From Antedon mediterranea (Eukaryota; Animalia; Echinodermata): a stretch of DNA of 64,000 nucleotides. Below are positions 35,601-49,100 of this stretch, in pieces. The stretch spans positions 28,446,388 through 28,510,387 of the forward strand of contig NC_092670.1 of NCBI RefSeq assembly GCF_964355755.1. Reading direction: 5' to 3'. Within the stretch, counting starts at the first letter, position 1. Each line of letters opens with the position of its first letter. Made by a program: the position numbers and the translations under genes. The notes beneath the pieces were generated by a model. That model ran no database searches. It saw only the letters and a list, made by a program, of their open reading frames with translations, and had not been told where the DNA came from.

Positions 35601-38097
35601 TGCTGTTTTGTGTGAATAATTTTTGTCGAAATGCTCAAAATGGTCAAAAACGTTTTTAAATACGATATTAAGCTATTTTGTGCTCTTTGATGTTTTTGTG
35701 TGAAAAGTTTTATCGAAATGCTCAAAATGTTCTAAAACGGTTTCTAATGTGATTTTAAGCACTTTGATGTTTTTATGTTAACGACTTTTTTCGAAAATCA
35801 CAAAATGGTCTAAAATGTCTCAAAATGCGATTTCAAGCTATTCTTAGCACTTTGGTGTTTTTATGTTAACAAGTTTTTTCGAAAATCACAAAATGGTCTA
35901 AAACGTCTCCAAATGCGATTTGAAGCTATTCTGTACACTTTGCTGTTTAGTGTGAATAATTTTTGTCAAAATGCTCAAAATGGTCAAAAACGTTTTTAAA
36001 TACTATATTAAGCTATTTTGTGCTCTTTGATGTTTTTGTGTGAAAAGTTTTATCGAAATGCTCAAAATGGTCTAAAACGGTTTCTAATGTGATTTTAAGC
36101 ACTTTGATGTTTTTATGTTAACAACTTTTTTAGAACATTACAAAATGGTCTAAAACGTCTCCAAATGCGATTTGAAGCAATTCTAAGCACTTTGGTGTTT
36201 TTTATGTTAACAAGTTTTTTCGAAAATCACAAAATGGTCTAAAACGTCTCCAAATGCGATTTGAAGCTATTATAAGCAATTTGGTGTTTTTATGTTAACA
36301 AGTTTTTTCGAAAATCACAAAATGGTCTAAAACGTCTCCAAATGCGATTTGAAGCTATTCTAAGCACTTTGGTGTTTTTATGTTAACAAGTTTTTTCGAA
36401 AATCACAAATTGGTATAAAACGTCTCCAAATGCGATTTGAAGCTATTTTAAGCACTTTGGTGTTTTTGTGTAACCAAGTTTTTTCGAAAATCACAAAAGG
36501 ATCTATAATGTCTCAAAATGCGATTTGAAGCTATTCTGTACACTTTGATGCTTTTATGTTAACAAGTTTTTTCGAAAATCACAAAATGGTCTAAAACGTC
36601 TCCAAATGCGATTTGAAGCTTTTCTAAGCACTTTGGTGTTTTTATGTTTACAAGTTTTTTCGAAAATCACAAAATGGTCTAAAACGTCTCCAAATTCGAT
36701 TTGAAGCTATTCTAAGCACTTTGGTGTTTTTATGTTAACAACTTTTTTAGAAAATCACAAAATGGTCTAAAACGGTTTCTAATGTGATTTTAAGCACTTT
36801 GATGTTTTTATGTTAACAACTTTTTTAGAAAATCACAAAATGGTCTAAAACGTCTCCAAATGCGATTTGAAGCAATTCTAAGCACTTTGGTGTTTTTATG
36901 GTAACGAGTTTTTTTGAATATCACAAAATGGTCTAAAATGTCTCCAAATGCGATTTGAAGCTTTTCTAAGCACTTTGGTGTTTTTATGTTTACAAGTTTT
37001 TTCGAAAATCACAAATTGGTCTAAAACCTCCAAATGCGATTTGAAGCTATTCTAAGCACTTTGGTGTTTTTATGTTAACAAGTTTTTTCGAAAATCACAA
37101 AATGGTCTAAAACGTCTCCAAATGCGATTTGAAGCTATTTTAAGCACTTTGGTGTTTTTGTGGAACCAAGTTTTTTCGAAAATCACAAAAGGGTCTATAA
37201 TGTCTCAAAAAGCGATTTGAAGCTATTCTGTACACTTTGATGTTTTTATGTTAACAAGTTTTTTCGAAAATCACAAAATGGTCTAAAACGTCTCCAAATG
37301 CGATTTGAAGCTATTCTGTACACTTTGCTGTTTAGTGTGAATAATTTTTGTCAAAATGCTCAAAATGGTCAAAAACGTTTTTAAATACTATATTAAGCTA
37401 TTTTGTGCTCTTTGATGTTTTTGTGTGAAAAGTTTTATCGAAATGCTCAAAATGGTCTAAAACGGTTTCTAATGTGATTTTAAGCACTTTGATGTTTTTA
37501 TGTTAACAACTTTTTTAGAAAATCACATAATGGTCTAAAACGTCTCCAAATGCGATTTGAAGCAATTAAAAGCACTTTGGTGTTTTTATGGTAACGAGTT
37601 ATTTCGAAAATCACAAAATGGTCTAAAACGTCTCCAAATGCGATTTTAAGCTATTCTAAGCACTTTGGTGTTTTTATGTTAACAAGTTTTTTCGAAAATC
37701 ACAAAATGGTCTAAAACGTCTCCAAATGCGATTTGAAGCTATTTTAAGCACTTTGGTGTTTTTGTGTAACCAAGTTTTTTCGAAAATCACAAAAGGGTCT
37801 AAAATGTCTCAAAATGCGATTTGAAGCTATTCTGTACACTTTGATGTTTTTATGTTAACAAGTTTTTTCGAAAGTCACAAAATGGTCTAAAACGTCTCCA
37901 AATGCGATTTGAAGCTATTCTAAGCACTTTGGTGTTTTTATGTTAACAAGTTTTTTCGAAAATCACAAAATGGTCTAAAATGTCTCCAAATGCGATTTCA
38001 AGCTATTCTTAGCACTTTGGTGTTTTTATGTTAACAAGTTTTTTCGAAAATCACAAAATGGTCTAAAACGTCTCCAAATGCGATTTGAAGCTATTCT
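32662..38097 (-). repeat. 88-bp satellite array (inverted)
   Basis: Reverse-complement monomer (cacaaaatggtctaaaacgtctccaaatgcgatttgaagctattctaagcac) from the junction gtgtacagaat|ttttttcgaaag. Confidence 0.97.
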
Positions 38098-39150
38098 GAT
38101 TGATTGATTGATTGAATTTATTTGATGCTCAACATTAAAATAACAAACAGACAAAAGACAAAATAACGAGCATCAGGAACACCCATTAGGCCGGAAAAAC
38201 CAGCCCATTTCCAATGGGGTCCAAATTGCACATAACAAACAAGAGAAAATACAACATTAATAAAACTAAAAATATATAAATATACATTAAAATAAAGCCC
38301 AGTAAAACAGAAAAATTAAAAGAGAAAGCAAACAAGAAATAAGAAAAATTGCACGTAATCAAGACCATTATAGTTATCAAAATTATTCTAAATATAAAAT
38401 ATTGCGTTCAAAATGTTTTTTAATATGAGATTTGAAGGTAGTTAAGTTGGAAATTAATTTTAAGTTTGATGGAAGAGCGTTCCAGTCTTTGATGGCAGAG
38501 AAGAAAAAAGTAGAATGAGACTGTTTATTTCCTTTAAGTAGAGGTAAAACCAGATTAACATTACGTTGGCGTGTGTTATGTGTGTGGATTGTGGATGTCC
38601 GTGAGAAATGTTCAGATAGATATGGAGCTGCATTGTTATTGACAATTTTATGAACATTACAAAGCCTGAGAAATTTTACTCTACTTTCCACCTTAAGCAT
38701 GCCAATGTCTGATAACTCCTTCTGACCAATATGAGATCGTGGTCCGAAACCGTAAATAAAACGCACAAATTTGTTCTGAGTGGTCTGTAGTTTTTGCTTC
38801 AAAACTTTGTCAATACCTTCATACCAAGTCGAAGCACAGTAATCAAACAAGCATTGAATTAAGGCAGAGCATAACAGTTTTTTTGTGTTTTTGTCCAAGC
38901 AACTAGCCTGACGATATAAATACCTTAATCTACTATTCGCCTTTTTTATAACACTTTTGGCGATGTTGTTACAAGAGGCAGAACTATCAAGTTCTATACC
39001 TAAATATTTTACTGACTTAGAACCCGTTAAAGTAAGGCCATGAGAAATAATATTGAAAGATCGTAAACGTTGAAGTCGTTTTTGGGTACAAAATATGATA
39101 GATTCAGTTTTACTGATATTGATAGATAGTTTGTTATCGACAAGCCATTT
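38098..39150 (-). mobile_element. 5'-truncated non-LTR retrotransposon, CR1/L2 group (Crack/Daphne-like)
   Basis: The minus strand ends AATAAATT(CAAT)n. 3'-UTR stem-loop GGACCCCATTGG...CTAATGGGTGTTCC. RT C-terminal ORF present. No TSD; microhomology with the satellite at the 5' junction. Confidence 0.9.
38383..39150 (-). CDS. LINE ORF2 C-terminal fragment (end of RT domain and thumb region), no start codon
   Basis: Uninterrupted frame KWLVDNKLSINISKTESIIF...SVKYLGIELD...KKANSRLRYLYR...LCSALIQCLFDYCASTWY...DWNALP...FKSHIK, extending the track ORF by 84 codons. Confidence 0.85.
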   Translation of the reverse strand, partial: KWLVDNKLSINISKTESIIFCTQKRLQRLRSFNIISHGLTLTGSKSVKYLGIELDSSASCNNIAKSVIKKANSRLRYLYRQASCLDKNTKKLLCSALIQCLFDYCASTWYEGIDKVLKQKLQTTQNKFVRFIYGFGPRSHIGQKELSDIGMLKVESRVKFLRLCNVHKIVNNNAAPYLSEHFSRTSTIHTHNTRQRNVNLVLPLLKGNKQSHSTFFFSAIKDWNALPSNLKLISNLTTFKSHIKKHFERNILYLE

Positions 39151-42100
39151 GGTGTTTTTATGTTAACAAGTTTTTCGAAAATCACAAAATGGTGTAAAAC
39201 GTCTCCAAATGCGATTTGAAGCTATTCTAAGCACTTTGGTGTTTTTATGTTAACAAGTTTTTTCGAAAATCACAAAATGGTCTAAAACGTCTCCAAATGC
39301 GATTTGAAGCAATTCTAAGCACTTTGGTGTTTTTATGGTAACGAGTTTTTTTGAATATCACAAAATGGTTTAAAATGTCTCCAAATGCGATTTGAAGCTT
39401 TTCTAAGCACTTTGGTGTTTTTATGGTAACGAGTTATTTCGAAAATCACAAAATGGTCTAAAACGTCTCCAAATGCGATTTGAAGCTATTCTGTACACTT
39501 TGCTGTTTTGTGTGAATAATTTTTGTCAAAATGCTCAAAATGGTCAAAAACGTTTTTAAATACTATATTAAGCTATTTTGTGCTCTTTGATGTTTTTGTG
39601 TGAAAAGTTTTATCGAAATGCTCAAAATGGTCTAAAACGGTTTCTAATGTGATTTTAAGCACTTTGATGTTTTTATGTTAACAACTTTTTTAGAAAATTA
39701 CAAAATGGTCTAAAACGTCTCCAAATGCGATTTGAAGCAATTCTAAGCACTTTGGTGTTTTTTATGTTAACAAGTTTTTTCGAAAATCACAAAATGGTCT
39801 AAAACGTCTCCAAATGCGATTTGAAGCTATTCTAAGCACTTTGGTGTTTTTATGTTAACAAGTTTTTTCGAAAATCACAAAATGGTCTAAAACGTCTCCA
39901 AATGCGATTTGAAGCTATTCTAAGCACTTTGGTGTTTTTATGTTAACAAGTTTTTTCGAAATTCACAAAATGGTTTAAAACGTCTCCAAATGCGATTTGA
40001 AGCTATTTTAAGCACTTTGGTGTTTTTGTGTAACCAAGTTTTTTCGAAAATCACAAAAGGATCTATAATGTCTCCAAATGCGATTTGAAGCTTTTCTAAG
40101 CACTTTGGTGTTTTTATGTTTACAAGTTTTTTTCGAAAATCACAAAATGGTCTAAAACGTCTCAAAATTCGATTTGAAGCTATTCTAAGCACTTTGGTGT
40201 TTTTATGTTAACAACTTTTTTAGAAAATCACAAAATGGTCTAAAACGGTTTCTAATGTGATTTTAAGCACTTTGATGTTTTTATGGTAACGAGTTATTTC
40301 GAAAATCACAAAATGGTCTAAAACGTCTCCAAATGCGATTTTAAGCTATTCTAAGCACTTTGGTGTTTTTATGTTAACAAGTTTTTTCGAAAATCACAAA
40401 ATGGTCTAAAACGTCTCCAAATGCGATTTGAAGCTATTTTAAGCACTTTGGTGTTTTTATGTTAACAAGTTTTTTCGAAAATCACAAAATGGTCTAAAAC
40501 GTCTCCAAATGCGATTTGAAGCAATTCTAAGCACTTTGGTGTTTTTATGGTAACGAGTTTTTTTGAATATCACAAAATGGTTTAAAATGTCTCCAAATGC
40601 GATTTGAAGCTATTCTGTACACTTTGATGTTTTTATGTTAACAAGTTTTTTCGAAAGTCACAAAATGGTCTAAAACGTCTCCAAATGCGATTTGAAGCTA
40701 TTCTAAGCACTTTGCTGTTTTGTGTGAATAATTTTTGTCAAAATGCTCAAAATGGTCAAAAACGTTTTTAAATACTATATTAAGCTATTTTGTGCTCTTT
40801 GATGTTTTTGTGTGAAAAGTTTTATCGAAATGCTCAAAATGGTCTAAAACGGTTTCTAATGTGATTTTAAGCACTTTGATGTTTTTATGTTAACAACTTT
40901 TTTAGAAAATTACAAAATGGTCTAAAACGTCTCCAAATGCGATTTGAAGCAATTCTAAGCACTTTGGTGTTTTTTATGTTAACAAGTTTTTTCGAAAATC
41001 ACAAAATGGTCTAAAACGTCTCCAAATGCGATTTGAAGCTATTCTAAGCACTTTGGTGTTTTTATGTTAACAAGTTTTTTCGAAAATCACAAAATGGTCT
41101 AAAACGTCTCCAAATGCGATTTGAAGCTATTCTAAGCACTTTGGTGTTTTTATGTTAACAAGTTTTTTCGAAAATCACAAAATGGTTTAAAACGTCTCCA
41201 AATGCGATTTGAAGCTATTTTAAGCACTTTGGTGTTTTTGTGTAACCAAGTTTTTTCGAAAATCACAAAAGGATCTATAATGTCTCCAAATGCGATTTGA
41301 AGCTTTTCTAAGCACTTTGGTGTTTTTATGTTTACAAGTTTTTTTCGAAAATCACAAAATGGTCTAAAACGTCTCAAAATTCGATTTGAAGCTATTCTAA
41401 GCACTTTGGTGTTTTTATGTTAACAACTTTTTTAGAAAATCACAAAATGGTCTAAAACGGTTTCTAATGTGATTTTAAGCACTTTGATGTTTTTATGGTA
41501 ACGAGTTATTTCGAAAATCACAAAATGGTCTAAAACGTCTCCAAATGCGATTTTAAGCTATTCTAAGCACTTTGGTGTTTTTATGTTAACAAGTTTTTTC
41601 GAAAATCACAAAATGGTCTAAAACGTCTCCAAATGCGATTTGAAGCTATTTTAAGCACTTTGGTGTTTTTGTGTAACCAAGTTTTTTCGAAAATCACAAA
41701 AGGGTCTAAAATGTCTCAAAATGCGATTTGAAGCTATTCTGTACACTTTGATGTTTTTATGTTAACAAGTTTTTTCGAAAGTCACAAAATGGTCTAAAAC
41801 GTCTCCAAATGCGATTTGAAGCTATTCTAAGCACTTTGGTGTTTTTATGTTAACAACTTTTTTAGAAAATCACAAAATGGTCTAAAACGTCTCCAAATGC
41901 GATTTGAAGCTATTCTAAGCAATTTGGTGTTTTTATGTTAACAAGTTTTTTCGAAAATCACAAAATGGTGTAAAACGTCTCCAAATGCGATTTGAAGCTA
42001 TTCTAAGCACTTTGGTGTTTTTATGTTAACAAGTTTTTTCGAAAATCACAAAATGGTGTAAAACGTCTCCAAATGCGATTTTAAGCTATTCTAAGCAATT

Positions 42101-42678
42101 TGGTGTTTTTATGTTAACAAGTTTTTTCGAAAATCACAAAATGGTCTAAAACGTCTCCAAATGCGATTTGAAGCTATTCTGTACACTTTGCTGTTTTGTG
42201 TGAATAATTTTTGTCGAAATGCTCAAAATGGTCAAAAACGTTTTTAAATACGATATTAAGCTATTTTGTGCTCTTTGATGTTTTTGTGTGAAAAGTTTTA
42301 TCGAAATGCTCAAAATGTTCTAAAACGGTTTCTAATGTGATTTTAAGCACTTTGATGTTTTTATGTTAACGAATTTTTTCTAAAATCACAAAATGGTCTA
42401 AAATGTCTCAAAATGCGATTTCAAGCTATTCTTAGCACTTTGGTGTTTTTATGTTAACAAGTTTTTTCGAAAATCACAAAATGGTCTAAAACGTCTCCAA
42501 ATGCGATTTGAAGCTATTCTGTACACTTTGCTGTTTAGTGTGAATAATTTTTGTCAAAATGCTCAAAATGGTCAAAAACGTTTTTAAATACTATATTAAG
42601 CTATTTTGTGCTCTTTGATGTTTTTGTGTGAAAAGTTTTATCGAAATGCTCAAAATGGTCTAAAACGGTTTCTAATGT
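39148..42678 (-). repeat. 88-bp satellite array (inverted), continuation
   Basis: Same monomer; ends at ttctaatgt|tatttttttttc. Confidence 0.97.
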
Positions 42679-43108
42679 TATTTTTTTTTCTTTTTTTTTT
42701 ATTTGAAAATAAATATTGTCTTTGAAAGTGAGATATTTTTATTGTTTTAAATGTCAAGCCTAACAAAGTGGACCTTTTTTTAAATCAGAAACAAAGTTGC
42801 ATAACATCATTTTACATTGATGGATCATTCATTTCATATAAATAGACTATTATCAGCTCTTCACTCATCTACTGGTTTGTGGCGTAACTGGTAATGCTCA
42901 GGTTTGATGTCTCTCAGGAGTGGGTTCAAACCTCTATGAATATTTTTTTTTTTTTTTTTTTATTTGAAAATAAATATTGTTTTTGAAAGTGAGATATTTT
43001 TATGGTTTTAAATGTCAAGCCAAACCAAGTGGACCTTTTTTTAAATCAGAAACAAAGTTGCATAACATCATTTTACATTGATGGATCATTCATTTAATAT
43101 AAATAGAC
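42679..43108 (+). repeat. ~260-bp tRNA-like satellite, short inverted block (~1.6 monomers)
   Basis: The tRNA-like unit is read on the + strand: ggtttgtggcgtaactggtaatgctcaggtttga...gggttcaaacctctatgaata followed by a T-run. Confidence 0.92.
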
Positions 43109-46100
43109 CGCTACCGAGAGCACTCAAACCTGGGCATTACCCGTTACGCCACAAACCAGTAGATAACTGAAGAGCTGATAATAGTCTATTTATATGAAAT
43201 TAATGATCAATCAATGAAAAATAATGCCATGCAACTTTGTTTCTGATTTTAAAAAAGGTTCACTTGTTTAGGCCTGACATTTACAACCCTCAAAATATCT
43301 CACTTTCAAAAACAATATTTATTTTCAATTAAAAAAAAAGAAAGAAAAAAAATATTCGTAGAAGTTCGAACCCACTACTGCGAGAACTCAAACCTGAGCA
43401 CTACCGGTTACGCCACAAACCAGTAGATGAGTGAAGAGCTGATAATAGTCTATTTATATGAAATGAATGATCCATCAATGTAAAATGATGTTATGCAACT
43501 TTGTTTCTGATTTTAAAAAAGGTCCACTTGGTTAGGCTTGACATTTAAAACCATAAAAATATCTCACTTTTAAAAACAATATTTATTTTCAAATAAAAAA
43601 AAAAGAAAAAAAAATATTCATAGAGGTTTGAACCCACTACTGATCTGAGAGAACTCAAACCTGAGCATTACCGGTTACGCCACAAACCAGTAGGTGAGTG
43701 AAGAGCTGATAATAGTCTATTTATATGAAATGCTGAATAATCCATCAATGTAAAATGATGTTATGCAACTTTGTTTCTGATTTTAAAAAAGGTCCACTTG
43801 GTTAGGCTTGACATTTAAAACCATAAAAATATCTCACTTTCAAAAACAATATTTATTTTCAAATAAAAAAAAAAAAAAAAAATATCCCTAGAAGTTCGAA
43901 CCCACTATTGAAATCACTCAAACCTGAGCATTACCCGTTACGCCGCAAACCAGTATATGACTGAAGAGCTGATAATAGTCTATTTATATGAAATGGATGA
44001 TCAATCAATGAAAAATAATGCCATACAACTTCGTTTCTGATTTTAAAAAAGGTTCACTTGTTTAGGCCTGACATTTACAACCCTCAAAATATCTCACTTT
44101 CAAAAACAATATTTATTTTCAATTAAAAAAAAAAAGAAAAAAAGTACCCGTATAGGTTCGAACCCACTACTGAGAGCACTCAAACCTGAGCATTACCCGT
44201 TACGCCACAAACCAGTAGATGACTGAGGAGCTGATAATAGTCTATATATATGAAATAAATGATCAATCAATGAAAAATAATGCCATGCAACTTTGTTTCT
44301 GATTTTAAAAAAGGTCCACTTGTTTAGGCCTGATTTTTACAACCCTCAAAATATCTCACTTTCCCTAGAGGTTCGAACCCACTACTGAGAGCACTCAAAC
44401 ATGAGCATTATCCGTTACGCCACAAACCAGTAGATGACTGAGGAGCTGATAATAGTCTATTTATATAAAATGAATGATCAATCAATGAAAAATAATGCCA
44501 TGCAACTTTGTTTCAGATTTTAAAAAAGGTCCACTTTTTTAGGCCTGACATTTACAACCCTCAAAATATCTCACTTTCAAAAACAATATTTATTGTCAAT
44601 TAAAAAAAAGAAAAGAAAAAAAATATTCGTAGAAGTTCGAACCCACTACTGAGAGAACTCAAACCTGAGCACTACTGGTTACCCCGCAAACCAGTAGATG
44701 ACTGAAGAGCTGATAACAGTCTATTTATATGAAATGAATGATCAATCAATGTAAAATGATGTTATGAAACTTTGTTTCTGATTTTTAAAAAGATCCATTT
44801 GTTTAGGCCTGACATTCACAACCCTAAAAAATATCTCATTTAAAAAAAAAATATTATTTTCAATAAGAAAAAAAAAGCAATATCCCTAGAGGTTGGAACC
44901 CGCTATTCAGAGCACTCAAACCTGGGTATTACCCGTTACGCCACAAACCAGTAGATGAGTCTACTGATAATAGTCTATTTATATGAAATGAATGATCCAT
45001 CAATGTAAAATGATGTTATGCAACTTTGTTTCTTATTTTAAAAAAGATCCATTTGTTTAGGCTTGACATTTAAAACCATAAAAATATCTCACTTTCAAAA
45101 ACAATATTTATTTTCAAATAAAAACAAAAGAAAAAAAAATATTCATAGAGGTTTGAACCCACTACTGAGAGAACTCAAACCTGAGCATTACAGGTTACGC
45201 CACAAACCAGTAGATGAGTGAAGAGCTGATAATAGTCTATTTATATGAAATGCTGAATAATCCATCAATGTAAAATGATGTTATGCAACTTTGTTTCTGA
45301 TTTTAAAAAAGGTCCACTTGGTTAGGCTTGACATTTAAAACCATAAAAATATCTCACTTTCAAAAACAATATTTATTTTCAAATAAAAAAAATAAAAAAA
45401 TATCCCTAGAAGTTCGAACCCACTATTGAAATCACTCAAACCTGAGCATTACCCGTTACGCCGCAAACCAGTATATGACTGAAGAGCTGATAATAGTCTA
45501 TTTATATGAAATGGATGATCAATCAATGAAAAATAATGCCATGCAACTTTGTTTCTGATTTTAAAAAAGGTTCACTTGTTTAGGCCTGACATTTACAACC
45601 CTCAAAATATCTCACTTTCAAAAACAATATTTATTTTCAATTAAAAAAAAAAGAAACAAAATATCCGTAGAGGTTCGAACCCACTAGTGAGAGCACTCAA
45701 ACTTGAGTATTAGCCGTTACGCCACAAACCAGTAGATGACTAAAGAGCTGATAATACTCTATTTATATGAAATAAATAATAAATCAATGACAAAAAATGC
45801 CATGCAACTTTGTTTCTGATTTTAAAAAAGGTCCACTTGTTTAGGGCCTGACATTTACAACCCTCAAAATATCTCACTTTCAAAAACTATATTTATTTTC
45901 AATTTTAAAAAAAAATCCCTAGAGGTTCGAACACACTACTGAGAGCACTCAAACCTGAGCATTATTCGTTACGCCACAAACCAGTAGATGACTGAGGAGC
46001 TGATAATAGTCTATTTATATGAAATGAATGATCAGTCAATGAAAAATAATGCCATGCAACTTTGTTTCTGGTTTTAAAAAAGGTCCACTTGTTTAGGCCT

Positions 46101-49100
46101 GACATTTACAACCCTCAAAATATCTCACTTTCAAAAACAATATTTATTGTCAATTAAAAAAAAAAAAGATAAAAAATATTCGTAGAGGTTCGAACCCACT
46201 ACTGCGAGACCTCAAACCTGAGCACTACCGGTTACGTCACAAACCAGTAGATGACTGAAGAGCTGATAACAGTCTATTTATATGAAATGAATGATCAATC
46301 AATGAAAAATAATGCCATGCAACTTTGTTTCTGATTGAAAAAAATGTCCAGTTGTTTAGGCCTGACATTTACAACCCTAAAAATATCTCACTTTCAAAAA
46401 CAATATTTATTTTCAAATAAAAAAAAACAAAAAAACATTCCTAGAGGTTTGAACCCACTACTGAGAGGACTCAAACCTGAACATTACCGGTTACGCCACC
46501 AACCAGTAGATGAGTGAACGAGCTGATAATAGTCTATTTATATGAAATGAATGATCCAGCAATGTAAAATTATGTTATTCAACTTTGTTTCTGATTTAAA
46601 AAAAGGTTCACTTGGTTAGGCTTGACATTTAAAACCATAAAAATATGTCACTTTCAAAAACAATATTATTTTCAAATAAAAAAAAAAAGAAAAAAAATAT
46701 CCCTAGAAGTTCGAACCCACTATTGAAATCACCCAAACCTGAGCATTACCCGTTACGCCGCGAACCAGTATATGACTGAAGAGCTGATAATAGTCTATTT
46801 ATATGAAATGGATGATCAATCAATGAAAAATAATGCCATGCAACTTTGTTTCTGATTTTAAAGAAGGTTCACTTGTTTAGGCCTGCAACAACACCCAAAA
46901 TATCTCACTTTCAAAAACAATATTTATTTTCAAGTAAAAAAAAAGAAAGAAAAAAAATATTCGTAGAGGTTCGAACCCACTACTGAGAGCATTCAAGCCT
47001 GAGCATTACCCGTTACACCACAAACCAGTATATGACTGAAGAGCTGATAACAGTCTATTTATATGAAATGAATGATCAATCAATGCAAAATGATGTTATG
47101 AAACTTTGTTTCTGATTGAAAAAAATGTCCACTTGTTTATGCCTGCAACAACACCCAAAATATCTCACTTTCAAAAACAATATTTATTTTCAAGTAAAAA
47201 AAAAAGAAAGAAAAAAAATATTCGTAGAGGTTCGAACCCACTACTGCGAGAACTCAAACCTGAGCACTACCGGTTACGCCACAAACCAGTAGATGAGTGA
47301 AGAGCTGATAATAGTCTATTTATATGAAATGAATGATCCATCAATGTAAAATGATGTTATGCAACTTTGTATCTGATTTAAAAAAAGGTCCACTTGGTTA
47401 GGCTTGACAATTAAAACCATAAAAATATCTCACTTTCAAAAACAATATTTATTTTCAAATAAAAAAAAAATTAAAAAAAATTTCATAGAGGTTTGAACCC
47501 ACTACTGAGAGAACTCAAACCTGAGCATTACCGGTTACGCCACAAACCAGTAGATGAGTGAAGAGCTGATAATAGTCTATTTATATGAAATGCTGAATAA
47601 TCCATCAATGTAAAATGATGTTATGCAACTTTGTTTCTGATTTAAAAAAAGGTCCACTTGGTTAGGCTTGACATTTAAAACCATAAAAATATCTCACTTT
47701 CAAAAACAATATTTATTTTCAAATAAAAAAAAAAGAAAAAAAAATATTCATAGAGGTTTGAACCCACTACTGAGAGAACTCAAACCTGAGCATTACCGGT
47801 TACGCCACAAACCAGTAGATGAGTGAAGAGCTGATAATAGTCTATTTATATGAAATGCTGAATAATCCATCAATGTAAAATGATGTTATGCAACTTTGTT
47901 TCTGATTTAAAAAAGGTCCACTTGGTTAGGCTTGACATTTAAAACCATAAAAATATCTCACTTTCAAAAACAATATTTATTTAAAAAAAAAAAAAAAAAA
48001 AGAAATATCCCTAGAAGTTCGAACCCACTATTGAAATCACTCAAACCTGAGCATTACCCGTTACGCCGCAAACCAGTATATGACTGAAGAGCTGATAATA
48101 GTCTATTTATGTGAAATGGATGATCAATCAATGAAAAATAATGCCATGCAACTTTGTTTCTGATTTTAAAAAAGGTTCACTTGTTTAGTCCTGACATTTA
48201 CAACCCTCAAAATATCTCTCTTTCAAAAACAATATTTATTTTCAATTAAAAAAAAAAGAAACAAAATATCCGTAGAGGTTCGAACCACTAGTGAGACCAC
48301 TCAAACTTGAGTATTAGCCGTTACGCCACAAACCAGTAGATGACTGAAGAGCTGATAATACTCTATTTATATGAAATAAATAATAAATCAATGAAAAATA
48401 ATGCCATGCAACTTTGTTTCTGATTTTAAAAAAAGGTCCACTTGTTTAGGCCTGACATTTACAACCCTCAAAATATCTCATTTCAAAAACAATGTTTATT
48501 TTCAATTTAAAAAAAAAAGAAAAAAGAATCCCTAGAGGTTCGACCCACTACTCAGAGCACTCAAACCTGAGCATTGCCCGTTACGCCGCAAACCAGTATA
48601 TGACTGAAGAGCTGATAATAGTCTATTTATATGAAATGGATGATCAATCAATGAAAAATAATGCCATGCAACTTTGTTTCTGATTTTAAAAAAGGTTCGC
48701 TAGTTTAGGCCTGACAGTTGCAACCCTCAAAATATCTCACTTTCAAAAACAATATTTATTTTCAATTAAAAAAAGAAGAAAGGAAATATCCCTAGAGGTT
48801 CGAACCCACTACTGCGAACACTCAAACCTGAGCATTACCCGTTACGCCACAAACCAGTAGATGACTGAGTAGCTGATACTAGTCTATATATATGAAATGA
48901 ATAATCAATCAATGAAAAATAATGCCATGCAACTTTGTTTCTGATTTTTAAAAATGTCCACTTGTTTAGGCCTGACATTTACAACCCTCAAAATATCTCA
49001 CTTTTAAAAAACAATATTTATTTTCAATTTAAAAGAAAAAAGAAAAAACAATATCCCTAGAGGTTCGACCCACTACTCAGAGCACTCAAACCTGAGCATT

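Noticed and set aside
38186-38657. ORFs 38186-38380 and 38460-38657
   Set aside because: T-rich LINE 3' UTR and an alternative frame of ORF2.
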